Assembly (NCBI RefSeq): GCF_006345805.1
Contig: NW_021825075.1
Span: forward strand, 1 to 16,403
DNA length: 16,403 nt
Direction: 5' to 3'
Source: Octopus sinensis
Taxonomy: Eukaryota
How positions within the stretch are numbered: position 1 is the stretch's first letter; each line of letters opens with the position of its first letter. The translations under genes were made by a program, and so were the position numbers. Below, piece by piece: positions 10,365 through 16,403 of this stretch. Under the pieces are notes generated by a model. It searched no databases. It saw only the letters and a program-made list of their open reading frames with translations, and was not told the DNA's origin.

Positions 10365-10632
10365 ACAAAAGAGGACAACAACACATCCAGATAGACGATG
10401 CAAAAAAAAAAAACGCGGACGGGTCATTCGAAGCCTTTTATCTTCTGTCAAGAACCGGATCATCCCCGCAATTTCGGCTGATTAATCTTGAGATTTCTCC
10501 AATCTGGCCAGCCCCAAGGAAAAACTAAGCTAAGAGCATTAGATATCTTAGAAAAAAAGCATCGAATATGTACGAAAACAAGGATAGAAAAACAGACGAT
10601 GTTACACGAATATAAATACAAAAATACAATAA
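10365..10632. mobile_element. Unclassified interspersed repeat abutting (TA)n
   Basis: GC-richer island with an internal inverted repeat (ggctga...ccagcc; agatt...aatct) next to a (TA)n tract. It resembles a recurrent Octopus repeat from recall only and is single-copy in this window. Confidence 0.4.
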
Positions 10633-10644
10633 AAAAAAAAATAT

Positions 10645-10664
10645 TAATATATATATAATATATA

Positions 10665-10717
<53 letters not shown>

Positions 10718-10806
10718 TATATATATGATACGTATATACACTATACATAATGCATATTGTGTATGTATATAATATATATGTGTGTGTGTGTGTGTGGTAT
10801 GTGTGT
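10645..10806. repeat. (TA)n/(TG)n block
   Basis: Seen directly. Confidence 0.93.
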
Positions 10807-11269
10807 CAGAACGTAGGGTGGGGTGTGAAGTATAATTGTAACAACGATAGAAATAATATGTACAATAAATACATCAATTCGATGTATTTCTCTGTAAGTA
10901 AATAAACAAATAGATAAATGCTGGAAAGATCAAAATATCAACCCATAAAAAAAGTTGTTTTAACCTTCCAGCAATTCAAGCGATTCTACCTAACGTTCTT
11001 GAATAACGTCTAGAATAAATATTTTCTTTTCTTTCCCTCTTCCTCTCGTCTCTTTCTCTCTCTCCCCTTCCCTCGTTCTTCCGTTTCTCTTCACAGAACC
11101 TATCGCATTCTTGGTCTTTGCGTATTTTCTGTACCTCCCCGCTTCACTACATCCCTTTTTCACTCCCATTTTCTCTTCTTTCCGATGCTATATTTCATTC
11201 CGACTTTTCTATCCAAACATATATATTTTACGTAATGTAACTATGGAAAAACGAACCACCCATGAGCCT

Positions 11270-11460
11270 CACTGAGGTCGCCCGATCTGCTAGATATAGC
11301 AACCAATTCTCCTTCAATTCCATAACTATCTCACGTTTCTCAGGAAAAGACACTGGTTAATTTTGTCCTATTTTCCTGGTTTGTAGGAAAATGAACAGAT
11401 CGTCACGGACGGAGAGCCTGTGTGTTTAAATCTGTTCGATAAGAGCTGATTTAGTGTTAA
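11270..11460 (+). mobile_element. Old SINE-like 3' fragment, the target of the 11461 insertion; terminus continues at about 12110-12141
   Basis: cccgatctgctagatatagcaacc...gtcacggacgga...gctgatttagtgttaaaaacaagcaa resembles an Octopus repeat ending in (CAA)n (recall only). Confidence 0.4.
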
Positions 11461-12109
11461 TAGGCGACGGACTGGCAGAAACGTTAGCACACCGGACATA
11501 ATGCTTAGCGGTATTTCGTCTGCCGCTACGTGCTGAGTTCAAATTCCGCCGAGGTCGTCTTTGCCTTTCATCCTTTCAGGGTCAATTAAATAAGTACCAG
11601 TTACACACAGGGGTCGATGTAATCGACTTACTCCGTTTGTCGGTCCTTGTTTGTCCCCTCTGTGTTTAGCCCCTTGTGGGTAGTAAAGAAATAGGTATTT
11701 CGTCTGCCTTTCATCCTTTCGGGGGTCGATAAATTAAGTACCAGTAAACGCACTGGGTCGATGTAATCGACTTAATCCCCTTCTCCTTGTTTGTCCCCTC
11801 TGTGTTTAGCCCCTTGTGGGTAGTAAAGAAATAGGTATTTCGTCTGCCTTTCATCCTTTCGGGCGTCGATAAATTAAGTACCAGTAAACGCACTGGGTCG
11901 ATGTAATCGACTTAATCCTTTCTCCTTGTTTGTCCCCTCTGTGTTTAGCCCCTTGTGGGTAGTAAAGAAATAGGTATTTCGTCTGCCTTTCATCCTTTCG
12001 GGGGTCGATAAATTAAGTACTAGTAAATGCACTGGGTCGATGTAATCGACTTAATCCCTATCTCCTTGTTTGTCCCTTCTATGTTAAGCCTCTTGTGAGC
12101 AATAAAGAA
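11461..12109 (+). mobile_element. SINE family A followed by three tandem ~140-bp copies of its internally deleted body, within one 22-bp TSD
   Basis: Head at 11463; extra units start with ggtatttcgtctgcc at 11694, 11834 and 11973 (periods 140 and 139). TSD ataagagctgatttagtgttaa (11439-11460) / ataagtgctgatttagtgttaa (12110-12131). Confidence 0.93.
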
Positions 12110-12379
12110 ATAAGTGCTGATTTAGTGTTAAAAACAAGCAAAATAGAACTAATTTAAACGTGAAAATGGATTCCACATACGAATGAAAAGTTTGAAGGTG
12201 ACTAAGTACATTCTGACATTCTGACCGCTATCTCGGTGCTGGGAAATATTATTTATATAGCTACAGTTTGAGTATAATTGATATGGGTATATGTGTGCGC
12301 GGGGGGGTTATGATTTCCGCTGAAGAAATACACGTGGATACTTTAAAATGTATCATTTCATTTTGTTTTTCATTACATC

Positions 12380-12414
12380 TAGTTTCAGCTCACGAGCTGT
12401 GGCCATGCTGGGGC

Positions 12415-12416
<2 letters not shown>
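12380..12416 (-). mobile_element. Isolated SINE 3' tail (family B-related) adjoining (TA)n
   Basis: gtttcagctcacgagctgtggccatgctggggca; compare 6241-6283. Confidence 0.6.
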
Positions 12417-12454
<38 letters not shown>

Positions 12455-12636
12455 CAATGTTATGAGGTCATCGTGTTTATATTAATCTGTGTTCATCAAA
12501 TGCATTTCGCATGTTGTATTGAAACAAGTGTAACTACAGGATTGAAGATAATATCAAAAATTCCATTTTTTTAAAAATTTGAGATATATATAGCTACATA
12601 TGTATATAGATATATGTATGTGTACGTACGTATGCT

Positions 12637-13020
12637 GAGGTGCAATGGCCCAGTGGTTAGGGCAGCAGACTCGCGGTAATAGTATGGCGGTTTCGATTCC
12701 CAGAGCGGCCATTGTTAGTGTTTATTGAGCAAAAACAACTAAAACTCCACGAGGCTTCGACAATGGGTGTTGGTGAACCCTGCGGTACTCTTTCTTCCTG
12801 CTTCTGTTGTACCTGTATTTCGAAGGGCCAGCCTGGTCACACTCTGGTGCCAAGCTGTATCGAACTTTGCTCTTCTCTTGGATAACATCGGTGGCGTAGA
12901 GAGGCGATGCTGGTATGCATGGGCGACTGCTGGTCTTCCATGGCCAATTTGGCTAGACTGGTGCCTCGGAGGGTAACTTTCTAGGTGCAATCCCATGGTC
13001 ATTCATGACCGAAGGGGGTC
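12637..13020 (+). mobile_element. Full-length tRNA-derived SINE family C (about 385 bp)
   Basis: Pol III A box TGGCCCAGTGG (12646-12656) and B-box-like GGTTTCGATTCC (12689-12700) at tRNA spacing. 3' stem-loop ggtca-ttca-tgacc (12997-13010). Possible TSD atgtgtacgta at 12618 and 13026. Confidence 0.85.
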
Positions 13021-13053
13021 ACACAATGTGTACGTATATGAGTGTATATATAT

Positions 13054-13220
13054 ATTTCTTTACTGCCCACAAGGGGCTAAACATAGAGGGGACAAACAAG
13101 GACAGACGAAGGGATTGAGTCGATTACTGGTACTTTATTTATCGACCCCGAAAGAATGAAAGGCAAAGTTGACCCCGGCGGAATTTGAACTCAGAACGTA
13201 ACGACATACGAAATACCGCT
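13054..13220 (-). mobile_element. 5'-truncated SINE family A with a small internal deletion
   Basis: Matches 8151-8335 in the same orientation and lacks the ~20-nt atatcgacc...gcgta segment. Confidence 0.9.
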
Positions 13221-14010
13221 TTGTATATATATGTGTGAGTGCGTGCATTCGTGTGTGTATGTGTTAGTCTCTGTGTGTGTGTATGTGTGTGAGTGTGTTT
13301 GTGTTTGTGTAAACATAGAGAGTTATGAATGAAAAGTGATGTGTAAGATTAGAATTCGAATAACAAGAATTATCAATAAAAGTCGAAAATCATGTAGCTG
13401 CGATTTCGGGAAAGTGTAAATTAACACACAACTTCCATAACGGATATTGTATCCCAACGAATAGCACAACAAATTCAGCTTCTCTAGATATACTTCTATT
13501 TAGTGTGATACACAGATTGACATTTTCAACTAATGCTGCAGTAGCTACTAACGAACTTTTATTCAGTCAGTAAGTTACCTGCAAAATCAGGGATTTTAAA
13601 ATTATTTTTCTGCTGTAATGAAGTTTTTTTTCTTCTTGGTATGCAGTTGCCTTAAGGCACATCGTGCGGAAGAATCGCAGGAAAAAGGAGAAATGTGTAT
13701 CGACCATTCTTGCCACCGCTGCTAGGCGACTTCCGTCTACTGCAGCGCCTGTTAATTTGGTTTCCTATGATCTCTCAGCACGTCTATGACATATACACTG
13801 TAAATATGTATACCCACCGCCACACATGTATATATGATATATAATATGCATCTGTATATATACTTATACGTACATAAACACACATATTCATATATATATA
13901 TTGTTGTATTTGAGAATGGTCATTTTGCCAGTTTAGCCAATAAAAAATCTTGCACAAGAAATATATAAACGCAATATATATATATATATATATATGTATA
14001 TACATATATA

Positions 14011-14203
14011 CTTTATTGTTTGAAATTGTTCGAAATTGTTATTTCGGTTCTATTTTAACAAAACTGTCCAACGAACGAGAGCGTGAAACTCCGAGTAACA
14101 GCTTTTGTTATATTTCTGCTGCTTTTAAATAAAGCATATTACTCTACCTCTGGTATTTGAGTACTCCTTTTTCCACCTTGTTTCACATTTCTGTGCTTAC
14201 TCC

Positions 14204-14206
<3 letters not shown>
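14011..14206 (+). mobile_element. Short HHR-bearing interspersed repeat, copy 2 (longer)
   Basis: Homologous to 9942-10081 and flanked by (TA)n on both sides. Confidence 0.75.
14056..14110 (+). ncRNA. Type-I hammerhead ribozyme motif, intact stems but mutated core
   Basis: Stem I UAACAAAA-CUGU / ACAG-(C)-UUUUGUUA (12 bp, one bulge); core CCAACGA (14068-74, versus CUGANGA); stem II ACG-AGAG-CGU; GAAA; ACUC-C-GAGU; GUA triplet. Confidence 0.65.

Positions 14207-14266
<60 letters not shown>
14206..14266. repeat. (TA)n(GA)n compound microsatellite
   Basis: Seen directly. Confidence 0.97.
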
Positions 14267-14268
<2 letters not shown>

Positions 14269-14369
14269 AAGTTTATTTGCCAACAAAATGCTGTTTTCTC
14301 CACTATGGAGTACACGAAGGATGATAAGTTATGGAGACTTTGAGCAAGTCGTTATAGTATATCAGCTCT

Positions 14370-14414
<45 letters not shown>

Positions 14415-14425
14415 ACAGCAGCAGC

Positions 14426-14464
<39 letters not shown>

Positions 14465-14690
14465 GGTGATAGTAGTAGTAGTAGTAGTAGTAGTTGTTGT
14501 TGTAGTAGTAGTAGCATTATTTGTAGTAATAGTAGTTGTAATAGTGGTGTTGGTGGTGGTGTTAGTTGCAGTAGGAGGTGGACGAGGAGGAGGTTGCAAC
14601 GATGGCGACGGCGACGACTAGCAGAATGAGTAAGGGTCGTAGGGGTAGGAGTAGTAGGAGCAGCTGTAAGAAGGGGGAGGTGGTGGATGG
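14370..14690. repeat. (TAG)n trinucleotide array decaying into CAG/TGG/TTG/GAG variants
   Basis: Seen directly; it explains the poly-Ser and poly-Thr ORFs. Confidence 0.93.
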
Positions 14691-14818
14691 CAGAGAAAAC
14701 AAGCAGTTTCGCTAAATTATACGTTGTGATTGGATTTGATTAAGTATTGAGGAAAAAAAAAGAATTTGAACTGGTTGATATGTTATGTGATATTTCGTAC
14801 AATGAATGGCAAGGCAAC

Positions 14819-14966
14819 ATGTGTGTGAGATGTATATACGTATGTATGTATTTGCATGTGTATGCCTTTGTGTGTGTCTATGTTCATGCTTGTGTGTGTG
14901 TGTGTGTATGTGTGTATGCGTTAGAGTATGTGCACGCGCGTATGATAGGCAGTGTGTATATGCATG

Positions 14967-15005
<39 letters not shown>

Positions 15006-15220
15006 GTAGACGCAAATGAATATATACTATATATATATATATATATATGTACATATATATAATTATATATATATACACACACATATATATACATGTGTGT
15101 GTGTGTGTATATATATACGTTTCGTAGAAACTATGAATATGTTTATATGAATATAAATGTCATATGAGGTAATAACATAAAATATGGCATATAATAATAT
15201 ATATATATATATATATATAT

Positions 15221-15257
<37 letters not shown>

Positions 15258-15545
15258 TTATGGATTATGTATGTATGGGTAGTTAGATACATAGATAGAT
15301 ACATAGATATATATACATATATATGTGTATACATATAAATATACATCCACTCTATATCTTCAAATATATGTGTGCATGTATGTATATACATATATGTGTG
15401 TGTACTTGTGTATATACATGCTTTTATAGGCATACATAATGCGCACAGATGTATATAACATAAACACGCATGCACACATACACATACGTATCTATGCCTG
15501 AATTTGTTTCCATAAAAATATGTGTCAGTATATATATGCATATAA
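14819..15545. repeat. Extended (TG)n/(TA)n/(CATA)n low-complexity block
   Basis: Seen directly. Confidence 0.9.
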
Positions 15546-16033
15546 CCAGATACAAATAACTATATACACGTATAATATGCCCGATCTTATGCAAAGCACA
15601 AAGCGCAAAATGATTGCACTTTGCAATTACAGATGAAATCAGCGGAAGAAATAAACATAGGGTTGGTCCCGTTTGGTGACATACGCCGCTATTTCGAACC
15701 AGAATAATTTCATATTTGCGATGTTTTAGCTACATGATTGACTGAGCAGTGTATTCAATATGTCGACTCAACATACGCATAGACTCATATGCATACACAC
15801 GCTAACAAACCTACGGCAACATGTAAATTCATACACATTATTAAACCGCCCACACACACAAATGAACATACATAGAATCATGTGAATAGAATTTAAATTT
15901 TTGATGTATACGTGCGTAGTTTGTAGCCGACAGTTTTTTTTTTTTCAAATCTGCCAATATGGCATTGTGTATGGGTATATATGTATGTTTCTATGCTTGA
16001 GTGTATATGCATGCGTTTATATATGTGACTGCG

Positions 16034-16235
16034 TGTGTATCATTGGCGATTTTCTTTCTCCGTCTTCCTTCCTTGGACTTTTCCTTTTTTTCTATATTCC
16101 TGACGAAGAGCTCCGCTCGAAACATTAAATCGTCCCTCTTTCTTTCCTTCCTTTTCTGAGCGTCCAATAACACTATATTTGTTCCACGCGGCCTCGCGTT
16201 GTTGTGGTTTCTCTCTGTTCATGTTTGGATTAACT
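16034..16235 (+). mobile_element. Short interspersed repeat containing an HHR-like core (putative Penelope-like terminal repeat)
   Basis: Pyrimidine-rich island between TG/TA- and CA/TA-rich tracts, containing CTGACGA-A-GAGC-tcc-GCTC-GAAAC. Confidence 0.55.
16096..16130 (+). ncRNA. Hammerhead-like motif (core and stem II present, stems I/III weak)
   Basis: CUGACGA 16100-06, extra A, GAGC-ucc-GCUC, GAAA 16119-22, then CAUU (one change from the palindromic ACGU minimal stem III). Confidence 0.45.
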
Positions 16236-16238
16236 ACG

Positions 16239-16272
<34 letters not shown>

Positions 16273-16275
16273 ATA

Positions 16276-16393
16276 AATCTCTGAATGGGGTATGGACAGT
16301 AACTGCACGACAATGTGAAGTATATTTGCCATCTAAATATGGCTAACCACTAAGAGTGGATGTTACTGTAGCTTGTAGCCCCAGGAGAACATC
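16276..16393. mobile_element. Short unclassified repeat fragment between (TA)n tracts
   Basis: About 120 bp of complex sequence bounded by (TA)n on both sides; no diagnostic motif seen. Confidence 0.3.
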
Positions 16394-16403
16394 TATATAT
16401 ATA

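Noticed and set aside
10411-10525. Minus-strand ggctg...cagcc-GAAA and caGAAGA as hammerhead remnants
   Set aside because: No CUGANGA at the correct position and no NUH or stem I.
11694-12109. CRISPR-like or coding tandem array
   Set aside because: Units are contiguous SINE bodies with no unique spacers.
12320-12353. CTGAAGA followed by a near-palindrome (cacgtg centre) as a sixth HHR
   Set aside because: GAAA is absent (TAAAA), stem II is mismatched and there is no stem I. It could be a very old remnant but is unsupported.
12637-12710. Functional tRNA gene
   Set aside because: No acceptor stem or anticodon arm pairing; it continues into a SINE body.
13395-13470. Minus-strand ggga...tccc-GAAA as an HHR remnant
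   Set aside because: The core heptamer is unrecognisable and the cleavage triplet is absent.
13572-13790. Minus-strand ttttgcag|gtaact recursive splice site, and a GC-richer plus-strand exon candidate after tatgcag
   Set aside because: Weak polypyrimidine tract and donor, unrecognisable peptide, and no known transcript orientation.

Overview
AT-rich, microsatellite-saturated eukaryotic non-coding DNA (intron or intergenic). The repeat landscape ((TA)n, (GATA)n, (CATA)n and several tRNA-type SINE families) looks like a cephalopod/Octopus genome; this is an inference from pattern recall, not a database result. No host protein-coding gene can be supported, and almost all ORFs in the track are microsatellite or repeat translation artefacts. 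The window contains about 10 SINE copies or fragments, two clear decayed RTE-clade LINE 3' ends (plus a weak third), a 382-bp non-autonomous Helitron, and several short unclassified repeats. The most notable signal is five type-I hammerhead-ribozyme (HHR)-like motifs (4230-4271 +, 7381-7441 -, 9942-9977 +, 14056-14110 +, 16096-16130 +) in at least four unrelated sequence contexts, four of the five in short repeats beside (TA)n or (CA)/(TA) tracts. This suggests Penelope-like or retrozyme-type non-autonomous retroelements. Every copy carries at least one defect, so catalytic activity is unproven.
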